NCBI GenBank assembly: GCA_030648795.1
Contig: JAUSHC010000022.1
Location: forward strand, 1-42,936
Direction of reading: 5' to 3'
Length of the DNA stretch: 42,936 nt
Origin: a bacterium
GTDB lineage: Bacteria; Patescibacteriota; Patescibacteriia; JACQSD01
This document shows, piece by piece, positions 25,916 to 37,172 of the stretch. Numbering within the stretch: the stretch's first letter is position 1; each line of letters opens with the position of its first letter. Position numbers and translations under genes: made by a program. The notes beneath the pieces were generated by a model. It was not told where the DNA came from. It was given only the letters and a program-made list of their open reading frames with translations, and did not search any database.

Positions 25916-26592
25916 CAGTGGAGAACGCGATAGATAATTAAACGAACAAACGTCCGAATCCCTTCACGAAATCCCTGCCCTTTTGAAAGTGAATAGGACG
26001 TATAGACAGGCTCGATCGCCACCTCAAAAAAACGAAGTTTATGGCGCGCAACTTGAGAAAGAATTGCACTCGATACTTCCATATTCTCAAAATGATAGCG
26101 CGCGAGATCCAGCGCTCTTGCCGCTTGGGACGTAAACGCGCGAAACCCTGACTGACTGTCCGACGTCCAAATACCAAAAAGAAAAAAAGTAATGACATTC
26201 GCCATCGTATTCGCGATGCGCCTTCCGACAGGCATCGCATGCTTATTTTTTGTGCGCACACCAATAACAACGTCTGCCGTACCACGGAGTAGTGGAGCAA
26301 CGATTGCAGGAATATCGTTCGCGCGATGCTGTCCATCCGCATCAAACGTAATAAGAACATCAGCACCCTGGCGCAGCGCAACTTCCATGCCAGTCCCCAA
26401 TGCCGCCCCCAACCCACGATTTAAAAAATGTCGATAAACGATCGCACCTTCGCGCTCTGCAATCGCCGCAGTTGCGTCACGTGACCCATCGTCGATCACA
26501 ATCATGGCATCCACAAACGGACGGAGCTCGGAAAGCACCGTCCCTATCGTTCGTTCTTCATTATACGCAGGAATCACCGCGACACGTTTCAT
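25915..26592 (-). CDS. DPM1-like GT2 (mirror copy)
   Basis: Mirror of 16345-17022. Confidence 0.85.
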   Translation of the reverse strand: MKRVAVIPAYNEERTIGTVLSELRPFVDAMIVIDDGSRDATAAIAEREGAIVYRHFLNRGLGAALGTGMEVALRQGADVLITFDADGQHRANDIPAIVAPLLRGTADVVIGVRTKNKHAMPVGRRIANTMANVITFFLFGIWTSDSQSGFRAFTSQAARALDLARYHFENMEVSSAILSQVARHKLRFFEVAIEPVYTSYSLSKGQGFREGIRTFVRLIIYRVLH

Positions 26593-26601
26593 ACAGAATC
26601 T

Positions 26602-27618
26602 CTACGAGCGCATCCCTAATATTGTTTTGTTCGCCATGGTATATTCAATCGTCTTTGTAAGCCCTTGCCCCAATGTCACAATCGGAATCCAGCCCAAACG
26701 CTCTTTCGCTTTCGTAAGATCCGGAAGCCCGAGCGGCGTCATGAAAAGAAGCGGCTCTTCAAATGCAACTTTCGAAGAAGATTTCGTCAACTCAATAATC
26801 ATTTTTGCAACCTCTGCTAATTTTAAATCTTGATCCGAACCAATATTCACTGAACCGATATCTTTCGGCGCTGCCATAAGTTTTACGAGTCCCTCCACCA
26901 CATCCGTCACATACACAAGCGATGTGTAAAATGTTTCGTCACCATAAATCACCAGATCTTTTCCGTCGAGCGCGTTTGTAATAAAATCGGGAATCATTTG
27001 CCCATCAAACAAACGCATGCGCGGACCATACGTTCGAAAGATACGTGCATTCTTCCCATCAACACCATGCACTTGCGCATAGGTGGCAACCATGGTTTCC
27101 GTAAACCGCTTTCCTTCGTCATAGCACGCACGCGGACTTAAAAAATCAACCGAACCAAGATACTCTTCAACAAAAAACGCATTTTCTTCTGGACGCGGAC
27201 CGTATACAACCGACGATGACGCATTCACGACTTTCGATTTGTACTTCACTGCCAGATCAAGCACGTGCTTCATTACTACGGAATTTGCTTCAAGTGTTTC
27301 AATTCTATATTTATCAAATTCTTTCGGCGATGTCGGACACGCAAGATGATAAATCTCTTGAATTCCTTGAAATTTAATCTTCAGGCGTTCAAGTTCCGGA
27401 AACGCTTCCGGATCAAATGGCTCGCGCAAATCGTGCTTCAAAAAAATGAAATTCGGATTGCGGAAAAGCGCGTCGATGTTCGTCTGCGATCCCGATACAA
27501 AATTATCAACGCAAATTACTGTAGCGTTCTTTGCAAGCTCTTCGCACAAGAAAGAACCGATAAATCCAGCGCCTCCGGTGACGAGAATAATTTTTTGATC
27601 GAAAATAGGTTGCGACAT
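26602..27618 (-). CDS. UDP-glucuronate decarboxylase-like protein (mirror copy)
   Basis: Mirror of 15319-16335. Confidence 0.85.
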   Translation of the reverse strand: MSQPIFDQKIILVTGGAGFIGSFLCEELAKNATVICVDNFVSGSQTNIDALFRNPNFIFLKHDLREPFDPEAFPELERLKIKFQGIQEIYHLACPTSPKEFDKYRIETLEANSVVMKHVLDLAVKYKSKVVNASSSVVYGPRPEENAFFVEEYLGSVDFLSPRACYDEGKRFTETMVATYAQVHGVDGKNARIFRTYGPRMRLFDGQMIPDFITNALDGKDLVIYGDETFYTSLVYVTDVVEGLVKLMAAPKDIGSVNIGSDQDLKLAEVAKMIIELTKSSSKVAFEEPLLFMTPLGLPDLTKAKERLGWIPIVTLGQGLTKTIEYTMANKTILGMRS

Positions 27619-27623
27619 AATGA

Positions 27624-28742
27624 TTATTCTTCTTTCATCTTTGCCGGTAAGCGCGCCTTATTTTTCACCCACCAATACGCGCCGACAGTCGACACAAGAG
27701 TCGAAAGGACAAGAATAGAAATATACCAAAGATGATGCATCGGCTGTAAATCAGAAAGTGAACTCATCACCGTTGCAAGCGTATTCGGCACCAACACCGC
27801 AGTGCCAAGTACCGTCAACCATGTCATCACGTGCGTCATGCGATTATTCAATACCTGCAATTGATTGTTGTAAATCGTTTGCATGACTTCTAATCCCGAA
27901 ACAAGTACGGAAGACATATGTTCTGAAAGCTGGATCTGACGGTTTATATCATCCGCCATGAGTGTAAACTGTCGCAAAATTTCTTTATCGTTCGTCAATA
28001 AATTCGGATCGCCATGTCGCAGTGCGCTAATAACATCAAGGCTCACCCAAAGCGTATCCAAATAGCGGATAAGCGCATGCTTCATGCGATAGACGTCTTG
28101 CCCCACCTTTTCCCGCTCTATCTCATTTTTCACGAGCTGTGATGAAAGCGCGTCACCTTGCTCTTCAAGATCCCGAAGATAATCAAAGTTTCGATCATTA
28201 TTTTCGTTAATGATACGGGCAAGGAGGATTGTCAGCTGTTCAGGCTCTCCTGCCTCTTTTGGAATTTTCTGAAAAAAACTATCTGCATATCGAGAGAATT
28301 TTACAAGACGATTGGACGTCTCTGCGTGTATCGTAAGTACGAGTCCTTTATGCACAAAGATTGCCAAAGGAATAACCTCCACGTTCAATTTATCAACACG
28401 CACCGAAGGAAAGCGCATGCCGAATTCTTCATTAAAATCATAATAGTTTGACTTGTCATCAGAGAGAATACGTCCGACGAGCTCATTAGAGAACCCAAAC
28501 GTTTTTGCGATCACCTTTCCATCGCGATACACGTCCTCAACGGCAAAATCGACCCATGAAAGATGAGCAGTGGCAAGCACCGGGAGACACTCCTCCGGCG
28601 TATCCGCATGATGCCGCAAAAAGGACTTATCGCGCTTTTTCAAAACAACGCAGATACCCGCTTTCTGTGCTTCCTTGACTTCTTTCTTCTCTGATGACTG
28701 CGCAACACCGCCGTGGGTAAAAATAGATTTTGCTGGAGGCAT
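27624..28742 (-). CDS. CorA-family transporter (mirror copy)
   Basis: Mirror of 14195-15313. Confidence 0.75.
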   Translation of the reverse strand: MPPAKSIFTHGGVAQSSEKKEVKEAQKAGICVVLKKRDKSFLRHHADTPEECLPVLATAHLSWVDFAVEDVYRDGKVIAKTFGFSNELVGRILSDDKSNYYDFNEEFGMRFPSVRVDKLNVEVIPLAIFVHKGLVLTIHAETSNRLVKFSRYADSFFQKIPKEAGEPEQLTILLARIINENNDRNFDYLRDLEEQGDALSSQLVKNEIEREKVGQDVYRMKHALIRYLDTLWVSLDVISALRHGDPNLLTNDKEILRQFTLMADDINRQIQLSEHMSSVLVSGLEVMQTIYNNQLQVLNNRMTHVMTWLTVLGTAVLVPNTLATVMSSLSDLQPMHHLWYISILVLSTLVSTVGAYWWVKNKARLPAKMKEE

Positions 28743-28889
28743 AAATATGTAGAGAGATTAGAATGCTTTTATCATACTCTTTTTTTTCTGTGTTGTGAAC
28801 CCCGTTAGAGGCAAGGCGCCCCGAGGTGCCTGTAGCACTGCCGTTGGCAGGGCGGCTTCTAACGGGGTGAACCCCGTCCCGTTAGAAAT

Positions 28890-30440
28890 TCATAGGGATA
28901 GAATCACCGCCTTCCCATCGGTGAAAAACTGATCTCCAATCGCATTAACCCCTAGAAATGGATCATAGCGCTGCACCGATTCTTCTTTTTGAATCGCTCC
29001 AACACGCCGCAAGTCACTCACCACGAGATCCCGTTCCACATCAATCGCCGGCGCGATGCGATGCGTGGGAATCCGTATGGTCGCTGTAAGTCGTATACCC
29101 GCGTCAAAGCTTGCGGTCCCCACCCAAAGCGCCTTGCCATCAATTGTATAGCGCTCATCACGCCACAAACGAATATGGTGGCGTTCACGCGGAGAATTTT
29201 TTTCCGTCGGCTTTTGCCACGCGCTATCTTGCGGTCGATCATACAAAAATGCGGGAGATACCGGGGCGGTCGGATATGATCTGTTCCGGAGTACCCGAAG
29301 AAAAATATCCCAAGACGATTTGAGTGTCACTTGTTCCGCAAGAAACCATCCTGCCTTTGTCATGGCGCTGTCCACTTCCTCTGCATTGCCAATAAAAATG
29401 AGATTCACCGGTTCGAGCGAACGCCCGGTCAACCCTTCGCTTATATTTGGGAGGTTGTCTAACATTGCGGCGTCAAGAGAAGTGGCGCTCTCCGTCCCGG
29501 TAATATCAATATGCCGATGCAACGCCGACGGCTCAAAATGCGGACGCGCAACAAACGCGACAACATACACCAACACAGCCGATCCGAATACAATAAGCAG
29601 AGGGGCAATCCATCGAAAAGGAAAAAGTGTTTCTGTCGGATAGTGCCGCTCACGCACAAAACGTTTTCGCAGGTCAGCGGCAGTCGCAATGACGGTCAAC
29701 CAGATAAGCGCAAGAAGATACCCGCCAAGCACATCCGACGGCCAATGCACACCAAGATAAATGCGACTCACCCCCACTCCCACTATAGTGAAAGCCGCAA
29801 AAAGAAATATGACGATACGCGTCACAATATGTCGTCGCTCGCGCAACCATATGTATGTAAGGAATCCGTAAAATGACAGCGCAATAAGCGCATGCCCCGA
29901 CGGAAAGCTATAGGTTGTTTCAAGAAGGAGCGCGCCTGCAGAATCCGGTCGTGGACGCGCAATAAAAATTTTCATGAGTATGGCGATCGCTTCGCTTCCA
30001 GCCATGGTTAAAAAAAGCATCCACACGCGAAACCACCGCTTCTGCCAAATCCACAGTGTTGCGAAAAAAAGAAAAAACAATGCAATCGTCGGCCAGTTGC
30101 CAAGTGCCGTGAAAAAAAACATAGGCTTCATGAGAACGCCCGTTCGCGTCGCGGTGAGAAACGTGATGATGTTGACATCAATCTGTGCAAGCTCCGTATT
30201 GCGGACAATGGAGGTAATGAGCTCGATGCATTGATTGGTGAGATAAAGCGCAATAAAAAATCCGATAGTGAGATGGAGTCCAAGATATTCGCGCGGCGAT
30301 AAACGATTTTTTACAAAACGAAAGACGCGCGGATAGCGCTCTTTGAACTCCTGCGTGTATTCATTCTCCCCGATCGCTTCAACAAACGACTCGCCGTAGG
30401 ATCGAACAATGCCCCAAAAAAAAGAAAAAAACTTTTTCAT
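28890..30440 (-). CDS. PAP2-LssY protein (mirror copy)
   Basis: Mirror of 12497-14047. Confidence 0.82.
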   Translation of the reverse strand: MKKFFSFFWGIVRSYGESFVEAIGENEYTQEFKERYPRVFRFVKNRLSPREYLGLHLTIGFFIALYLTNQCIELITSIVRNTELAQIDVNIITFLTATRTGVLMKPMFFFTALGNWPTIALFFLFFATLWIWQKRWFRVWMLFLTMAGSEAIAILMKIFIARPRPDSAGALLLETTYSFPSGHALIALSFYGFLTYIWLRERRHIVTRIVIFLFAAFTIVGVGVSRIYLGVHWPSDVLGGYLLALIWLTVIATAADLRKRFVRERHYPTETLFPFRWIAPLLIVFGSAVLVYVVAFVARPHFEPSALHRHIDITGTESATSLDAAMLDNLPNISEGLTGRSLEPVNLIFIGNAEEVDSAMTKAGWFLAEQVTLKSSWDIFLRVLRNRSYPTAPVSPAFLYDRPQDSAWQKPTEKNSPRERHHIRLWRDERYTIDGKALWVGTASFDAGIRLTATIRIPTHRIAPAIDVERDLVVSDLRRVGAIQKEESVQRYDPFLGVNAIGDQFFTDGKAVILSL

Positions 30441-30480
30441 GCAAACTGTCGAGGTCGGATCTCCATTACGAGGTCCGACC

Positions 30481-31224
30481 TCATAACATTGAAATTTTAT
30501 GTTTCTTACGAACAATCGACTCTGCCGCTTTATATTTTTTCACGCTCGGTAAAAACGGAAATTTATAGAGAAATGATGGTAGCCAGTTACTAATACCACC
30601 ACGGCGTACGGTAATAGTAAGCAGTATATCAGGAATCCAAACGCCTGTATGCCCCTCCTCTAACATCGTTAAAAATAAATCCCAGTCTTGTAAACGTTTC
30701 AACGATTCATCCCAACCGACTTTGGGGAAATGCACGCGCCGAATGAGTGACGTGGAATGGATATATGGCATGCGCTGTAACTTCTCGCCATCAAACGGCC
30801 AAAGTATAAATTTTTTCCATCCGAATGTAAATGACGAGTACGCATACGACGCTTCCGGATGCGCTTGCAATGCGTCGTACATTTTCTGCAACATGTTCGG
30901 TTGCATCACAACATCCGCGTCGCAAAAAAGAATATACTCCCCTTTTGCTTTTTGCAAACCTGCGTTGCGGGCGGCAGGAGCGCCTTTGTTGGACGAATTA
31001 TGAATAATGAATAATGAATCAGGGAGATCTTTTCCATAATTCCTAATTCCTAATTCATGATTCTTCATGGCTTGTAGCCACTCATTTGTTCCATCCGTCG
31101 AGCCATCATCCACCACAATCACTTCGAAATCCCTAAACGTCTGAACCGCAATATTCGCAAGACACTTTTCAAGCGCCACACGATGATTATAGGTTGGAAT
31201 GATGATGCTGATTGTCACTGGCAT
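30481..31224 (-). CDS. Glycosyltransferase family 2 (mirror copy)
   Basis: Mirror of 11713-12456. Confidence 0.85.
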   Translation of the reverse strand: MPVTISIIIPTYNHRVALEKCLANIAVQTFRDFEVIVVDDGSTDGTNEWLQAMKNHELGIRNYGKDLPDSLFIIHNSSNKGAPAARNAGLQKAKGEYILFCDADVVMQPNMLQKMYDALQAHPEASYAYSSFTFGWKKFILWPFDGEKLQRMPYIHSTSLIRRVHFPKVGWDESLKRLQDWDLFLTMLEEGHTGVWIPDILLTITVRRGGISNWLPSFLYKFPFLPSVKKYKAAESIVRKKHKISML

Positions 31225-31285
31225 AGATATCTGTTATTCTAGCACAAGGGGAAAATTTCACGAGCCAATCTTGAGGGAGAGAGCC

Positions 31286-31465
31286 ATGGCGGACGAAAAA
31301 ACTGGACACAAAGAAGTTCACGAAACGCACAAAAGGGCAGTACCACCTGGTTACAATTGGGCGCACGCAGAGGTAATGAACGTACTCGCCCCTGCCTTAT
31401 ATTGGCGTATCGTCATTACCACAGATCCTTCCACTCCCACTGAACCTTGTCCAAAAAAGGTCTGA
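31286..31465 (+). CDS. Small hypothetical protein (mirror copy)
   Basis: Mirror of 11472-11651. Confidence 0.4.
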   Translation: MADEKTGHKEVHETHKRAVPPGYNWAHAEVMNVLAPALYWRIVITTDPSTPTEPCPKKV

Positions 31466-31548
31466 AGTAACTCTCATTTTCGTGTCTCTTCTACGTCCCC
31501 TACTTCGCCTCGTCGCCACGCGCGCCGAGGCATTTTTTTATTTCTTTT

Positions 31549-32637
31549 TCACCCCTCTCCAAAAGGAAGTTCTCGACTACGCTCGAACAATATCTGTGCC
31601 TGTGTCTCCCACTGAAACTCTTGCTCTACCCGCGTACGACCTTGTTCGCCAAGTTTTTTTCGCAATGCGTCATCTGAAAATAATCGCTCGATCGCTTTCG
31701 CAATACCATCAACATCACCTTCGTTTACAAGCAATCCGGTTTCGCCATCCACGACCGCCTCCGGAACGCCACCGGTACGCGAGCCAATCACCGGCTTCCC
31801 AAATGCATTCGCTTCAAGGTACACAAGCCCGAATCCTTCCACATCCGGACCAATCTTTCGTGGCGTCATAATAAATACGTCACACAACGCGTACCACATA
31901 GAAAGTGCTTTATCAGAAACTGCGCCAACAAGTAAGGCGGATAAGTTGTAAGTTGTAAGTTGTAAGTTTAATTTTTCTTTTTCCGGCCCGTCACCAATAA
32001 TCACATATACGATGTTGGGATTATCTATTTTTTTCAGCGCCTCCAACACCAAATCAATCCCCTTTCGTTCTACTAAACGCGCCACGGTCAAGAGAATTTT
32101 TTTGTCTTCGAGATGATAACGTTCTCTCAACCCCCTCTCACTCCCCCTTGCAAAGGGGGAGAAAACCGCGGTAGGACAAGGATACACGACAGTCACTTTC
32201 GCTTCCGAAATACCTCGAGCGACAACCAAACTTTTCCCATATTCACTGTTCGTCACAATGCGATCCGCGGAATTCAAAATGCGTCGAGCGATCATTCGTT
32301 TTCGCGGATGGGTTTCGGCGAGCAGAAGATCATAGCCGTGCACGAATACTGTAGTTTGTAGTTTGTAGTTTGTAGTAAGTAATTTTTTTAATAGGTACAC
32401 AACCGTACCAAGGGGAAGCAAATGCCCGCCCCAGATTTCGGTAATCTTTTCACGACGCACTGTTCGCCACACTTGCCACAGCAATGGCAACCACCGTGGC
32501 CAGATCCAACGTGAAAGTCTCGCGCGCATCACAACAACAGAGCCCGCGGGCATGGCGCCAACGAGCCCACCGTAATATCGCGCAACCCCCCCGCGATCAG
32601 GAGGATACTCGAGAGTCAGAAGAAGTATGCGTCGCAT
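31549..32637 (-). CDS. Glycosyltransferase family 4 (mirror copy)
   Basis: Mirror of 10300-11388. Confidence 0.85.
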   Translation of the reverse strand: MRRILLLTLEYPPDRGGVARYYGGLVGAMPAGSVVVMRARLSRWIWPRWLPLLWQVWRTVRREKITEIWGGHLLPLGTVVYLLKKLLTTNYKLQTTVFVHGYDLLLAETHPRKRMIARRILNSADRIVTNSEYGKSLVVARGISEAKVTVVYPCPTAVFSPFARGSERGLRERYHLEDKKILLTVARLVERKGIDLVLEALKKIDNPNIVYVIIGDGPEKEKLNLQLTTYNLSALLVGAVSDKALSMWYALCDVFIMTPRKIGPDVEGFGLVYLEANAFGKPVIGSRTGGVPEAVVDGETGLLVNEGDVDGIAKAIERLFSDDALRKKLGEQGRTRVEQEFQWETQAQILFERSRELPFGEG

Positions 32638-32642
32638 ACGGT

Positions 32643-34091
32643 TTATGAGGTCCGACCTCGTAAAGATTGTAAAAGACTTTTAATCTCGACCACAGTAACG
32701 GCCCGAAACATCAACATCGCGCCACCATATACGACTGCGCCAAGCGCAATCACAACAAGAAGTGGAAATAACGTCTTCGTCGCCGTGATCGTCGCAACCA
32801 TCATGCTTCCCGCGACAAGTGCTTTCACTGATCCATGAAGTATATCATCGTACGGGAGCGAAATAGATCGCGCGACAAAAAAGAAACCGAGTGAGAACAA
32901 CAGTGCATTCGCAACAAGTGACGCAACTGCAGGTCCCATGATACCAAATCGCGGAATCAAAAGCATATTCACCACAATATTCGCAACCATCGCCACTCCT
33001 AACAATGTCGTATTCAATGATTGCCTGCGCACTGCAACGAGAAATGATCCAATGGGGAAATTAAGGAAAATAAAAATGAGTGAGAGAACAAGTAGACGTT
33101 GCGCGCGCACCGAATTTTGATACGCCGCGCCAAACACTTCGGGAATGATACGATCCGCGAGTCCCGCGATCCCAAACGCAACAGGCAAGACAATAAAGAA
33201 AAGATACAGCGACGATTTTGCGAATGTTCGCGCAAGCGCTTTTTTATCATGTTCAGCAAGCGCGCTCATTGCGGGAAGAAGTGAGGCGGCAAAACCCAAA
33301 GGAATAAATTGCAATGCGAACGTCACTTTGAACGGCACGCTATACAACCCCACCATTGTTTCCGTTCCGAAGATGGAAAGTAAAAAACTATCCACAAATC
33401 CCGTCACGCGAGTAAATACTGCCGCAAGCGCAAATGGAATAATCGCCATGAACGTCTGTCGCAGCGCGCTTTTCGAAAAAGAAAAGCTAAGAGGGACATG
33501 AAACCGCCGCATGAGCATTGTCGCCCACAAAAAATTTGCGACGTTCCCCAAAATAAGTCCAACAACCAAAAGATGCAGCGAATGAAAAAAGAAAAGAGTC
33601 ACCACTCCAAAACAAAGCGAAATTGCCTGCCCGACAACGATCCCTATTGATTCAAATTCAAGCCGCTGCCATCCGCGCAAAATGGAATAGAGTGTCAAAT
33701 TTGACGACTCAAAGAGAATGCTCACGGAAACGAGCGCAATAAGTTGCCGCGTAATCGGCGGATATGATGCGACGAAAGCAATGCCGTTCATGCTAACAAA
33801 CGCTACGACGAGCAAGAGCGCTTTGAACCCAAGGATCCCGCGCAGTTGTGACGTAATTCCTTCACGCAGCTTCGATGATTCACGAACAAGAAACGGCGCT
33901 AAACCAAGATCCGCAAGCACCGAAAAAAGAAGTCCGAAAGAAACCGCAAGAAAATATCGCCCCGTGTCCTCCACTCCCATGACTCGAGCGACGATGGTGA
34001 AATAAACAAAAGAAAGCACCTTTTGCCCAACGAGTGCTCCAATAATAAAAATCGTGTTTCGCGCAATGCGCCCGCCGTGTATGTTTGTCAT
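32643..34091 (-). CDS. Wzx-type flippase (mirror copy)
   Basis: Mirror of 8846-10294. Confidence 0.82.
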   Translation of the reverse strand: MTNIHGGRIARNTIFIIGALVGQKVLSFVYFTIVARVMGVEDTGRYFLAVSFGLLFSVLADLGLAPFLVRESSKLREGITSQLRGILGFKALLLVVAFVSMNGIAFVASYPPITRQLIALVSVSILFESSNLTLYSILRGWQRLEFESIGIVVGQAISLCFGVVTLFFFHSLHLLVVGLILGNVANFLWATMLMRRFHVPLSFSFSKSALRQTFMAIIPFALAAVFTRVTGFVDSFLLSIFGTETMVGLYSVPFKVTFALQFIPLGFAASLLPAMSALAEHDKKALARTFAKSSLYLFFIVLPVAFGIAGLADRIIPEVFGAAYQNSVRAQRLLVLSLIFIFLNFPIGSFLVAVRRQSLNTTLLGVAMVANIVVNMLLIPRFGIMGPAVASLVANALLFSLGFFFVARSISLPYDDILHGSVKALVAGSMMVATITATKTLFPLLVVIALGAVVYGGAMLMFRAVTVVEIKSLLQSLRGRTS

Positions 34092-34127
34092 GCGTTTATT
34101 CTACCAAAAAAATAGCCTTTCGGCTAT

Positions 34128-34346
34128 TTACTCCACAAACCATTGCACACGGCCGACGGTACCGTCGGTGAGGCGCACTTTAATGCCGCGCGGATGATAA
34201 TCACGGGGTGAAAGAATATCAGCAACAATCCCCTGCGTGTAATCTTGCGTGCCGTAGTTTTCTTTCTCAATAATCCATACTGCCGAACCTTTTTTTATTT
34301 CGCTTCGTGTTGGTGGTTCCGGATTGTCGTATAGCGCTTCCCTCAT
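34128..34346 (-). CDS. YwbE family protein (mirror copy)
   Basis: Mirror of 8591-8809. Confidence 0.82.
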   Translation of the reverse strand: MREALYDNPEPPTRSEIKKGSAVWIIEKENYGTQDYTQGIVADILSPRDYHPRGIKVRLTDGTVGRVQWFVE

Positions 34347-34394
34347 ATCACGTTTTCAACACTCGGTGTTGATGCAACACCGAGTGTTATCTCT

Positions 34395-36131
34395 TTACAA
34401 CTTCTGCTTCTCCCAAAGTTCATAGAATCTGCCGCGTTTGCGATGCAGTGTTTTAAAACTTCCCGACTCACGGAGCTCACCGTCTTCGATAAGCAAAATC
34501 CGATCCATTTCTTTAATCGTCGTTAAGCGATGCGCGATCACAATTGCAGTTACATCCTTAAAAAATTGGTGCAGTGAGTCCTGAATTTTTTCTTCGGATT
34601 CGACGTCAAGATGCGATGTTGCTTCATCAAGAAAAAGAATATCCGGCTGTTTAAAAATCGCTCGCGCGATACCCAATCGTTGCTTCTCCCCGCCGGAAAG
34701 CTTTATGCCTTTTTCACCGATAAGCGTATCAATGCCTTGCGGCAATTTCTGCATAAAATCATTTACATGAGCAACTTCAAGCGCTTGCGCGAGTCGTTCC
34801 TCGCTGCGCTTTACGCTCGCAATGGTAATGTTATCTCGCAATGAAAAATTAAACACCTCGGTGTCTTGCAACACTACTGCAACTTTCTTGAAATAAGAAC
34901 TCTTTTTTATTTTTCGAATGGAGATAGTATCAAAAAGAATATCACCCGTAAAGTTCTCATACTCCTTAAAAAGCAACTTAAAAAGCGTGGACTTCCCAAC
35001 ACCGGAAAGACCGACAATGCCAATCTTCTCTCCCCGCTTAATATCAAACGATATGTTGCGCAGAACGGGATTGTTGCCATAGCTGAATGATACGTTTTGC
35101 AGAGAAATTTTTTTCCAATCAGAAGGAAAACCGACTTTATTCGTATCATCATCAATCCCCAATTTTTCATCCAGTATTTCTTTCAATCGAAAAATATTAT
35201 ACCGTGCAATGGTAATATCTTGCGCGACATCCGACAACTCATCAACCGATGCGCGGAGACTGTTAAAATAAAAATTAAAGAGGATAAAAAAACTCACCTC
35301 ATAACGGCCATGCACAATACCATAAATAATAAAAAGCATCGTCACAATACGGAACCCATGCGACCACATCGCTTGCGCCCATGATTTAATGCGATAGCGA
35401 TAAATACGATACACGATCGCCGCATACATTTTCTTGCTGATTGCGTCCAGACGAGCAAAGAGCGCGTCAAACATCCCCATCACTTTGACCGTGCGAATGT
35501 TATTCATGATCTCAAACCCCAAGCCACTAAAATCCTCCTCGTGTTGATTCACGACACGTGCGGCATCGGAAGACCGGCGCGCTAAAGGAAGGCTGATGCA
35601 AAGATACGTGACGAGAAAAATGAACATGAGCAGCGCGACGGTCGTATTGATAAACGCGATAACCACGATCATGCCGAGAAAATTAACGCTGATCTCGATA
35701 AAATTATCGATCCAAATACGCAAAAGACGATCCAATCCTTCGCCACCGCTTTGCACACGCTTCATTTTATTACCGGCATTTTCCTTTTCATGCCATGCAA
35801 TATCAAGAAGTTGCAAATGGTTAAACGCCGCAAGCTGACTGTCTAATTGCACGCGCTCCGCCAATTGATAGCAAACATATTTCGCAATCTGTACGGCAGT
35901 CGATCGATAGAGTTGCACAATCGACCATCCCATAAAGAAAAACCACACGGGGTCAAGTAATTTTCCTGTTGTGTATTCTCCGAGAGCAGTAATCAAATGG
36001 GAAAGCGCATAGGCAGCATAGAGATAAACAATATCTGCGCTCAAGCGCACCAATGACGCAAATAAAAACCGCCACCGATACGGACGGACAAAACGCGCGA
36101 TATCCTTTATAAATTCGAGTGATGAATACAT
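34395..36131 (-). CDS. ABC exporter (mirror copy)
   Basis: Mirror of 6806-8542. Confidence 0.85.
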   Translation of the reverse strand: MYSSLEFIKDIARFVRPYRWRFLFASLVRLSADIVYLYAAYALSHLITALGEYTTGKLLDPVWFFFMGWSIVQLYRSTAVQIAKYVCYQLAERVQLDSQLAAFNHLQLLDIAWHEKENAGNKMKRVQSGGEGLDRLLRIWIDNFIEISVNFLGMIVVIAFINTTVALLMFIFLVTYLCISLPLARRSSDAARVVNQHEEDFSGLGFEIMNNIRTVKVMGMFDALFARLDAISKKMYAAIVYRIYRYRIKSWAQAMWSHGFRIVTMLFIIYGIVHGRYEVSFFILFNFYFNSLRASVDELSDVAQDITIARYNIFRLKEILDEKLGIDDDTNKVGFPSDWKKISLQNVSFSYGNNPVLRNISFDIKRGEKIGIVGLSGVGKSTLFKLLFKEYENFTGDILFDTISIRKIKKSSYFKKVAVVLQDTEVFNFSLRDNITIASVKRSEERLAQALEVAHVNDFMQKLPQGIDTLIGEKGIKLSGGEKQRLGIARAIFKQPDILFLDEATSHLDVESEEKIQDSLHQFFKDVTAIVIAHRLTTIKEMDRILLIEDGELRESGSFKTLHRKRGRFYELWEKQKL

Positions 36132-36429
36132 GGGTGTATTATTTCATAAAACTAGACAATTGAAAATCTCCGCCTCTCAGCCGGACGCATACCTCCCCCA
36201 GCCCTCTATGCTCTACTTCAACGCATCGAGCATATTTCAAGAATAAAAGTAATATCATCACACTAATCATAAACCATGGGCTTAGAGGGCTGGGTTCGGT
36301 GCCAGCAGGCGCACAACTCGGCGGATTGTAACTGCTTGTGAAATTTTGTTCGTCGTGGCAACTTCAAAATTTCAAGCCAGTTACAAAAAAACGACCTCGT
36401 GAGAACGAGGCCATTTTCCAAAAGTTTCT

Positions 36430-36828
36430 CTACCGCTTCTGCCACTGCGGCGCTCGACGCGCGCGCTTCAACCCCGGCTTCTTCCGTTCTTTCTTTCGAG
36501 GATCACGCGTCATGTATCCGATCTTGCGCAATGCGCGTCTGAAATTTTCATTAAGTGCGGTGAGTGCAAGCGCAATCCCGTGACGCGTTGCCTCCGCTTG
36601 CCCGCGCGTCCCTCCACCCGCAACCTTCACAGAAACATCAACCTTATCAAGCTGACCGACTTGTTCCAACGGCGATATAACAATCTGCTGAAATTCAAAA
36701 TACGGAAAATATTTCGCTAACGGTTTCCCGTTTACCGTAATATCTCCTTTTCCATTTGGAAAAATATGCACCTGCGCGCTTGCATTTTTTCTTCCGCCAA
36801 CGGCGCGATGGTATTTACGTGTTGTCAT
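36430..36828 (-). CDS. rpsI: 30S ribosomal protein S9 (mirror copy)
   Basis: Mirror of 6109-6507. Confidence 0.9.
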   Translation of the reverse strand: MTTRKYHRAVGGRKNASAQVHIFPNGKGDITVNGKPLAKYFPYFEFQQIVISPLEQVGQLDKVDVSVKVAGGGTRGQAEATRHGIALALTALNENFRRALRKIGYMTRDPRKKERKKPGLKRARRAPQWQKR

Positions 36829-37172
36829 GCGGTTATAGTAAGTCGTTTCAACATTGTAGAGCGAAGTCGATTTTTTGGCAACATCCCGCCAACGACATGC
36901 TCAAAAAAACCGACAGGATCTTTCTCCCAAAAACTTCCCAACGTCTTATTTTTCAACCCACCCGGATATCCGCTAAAACGCCAGTATAATTTTGTCGTTG
37001 TTTTTGTTCCCGTCACACGCGCCTTTGAAAGATTTGTTACCTGCACCAATACGTCAGAAACAACGTTTGGACGATACGCGGGATCACGTTTTCCCATAAG
37101 CAACATTGCGACGTCGCTCGCAAGTCGTCCGATAATCTTCCCTGTTGCGTCAATGGTATATTTTTTGGTCAT
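36825..37172 (-). CDS. rplM: 50S ribosomal protein L13 (mirror copy)
   Basis: Mirror of 5765-6112. Confidence 0.9.
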   Translation of the reverse strand: MTKKYTIDATGKIIGRLASDVAMLLMGKRDPAYRPNVVSDVLVQVTNLSKARVTGTKTTTKLYWRFSGYPGGLKNKTLGSFWEKDPVGFFEHVVGGMLPKNRLRSTMLKRLTITA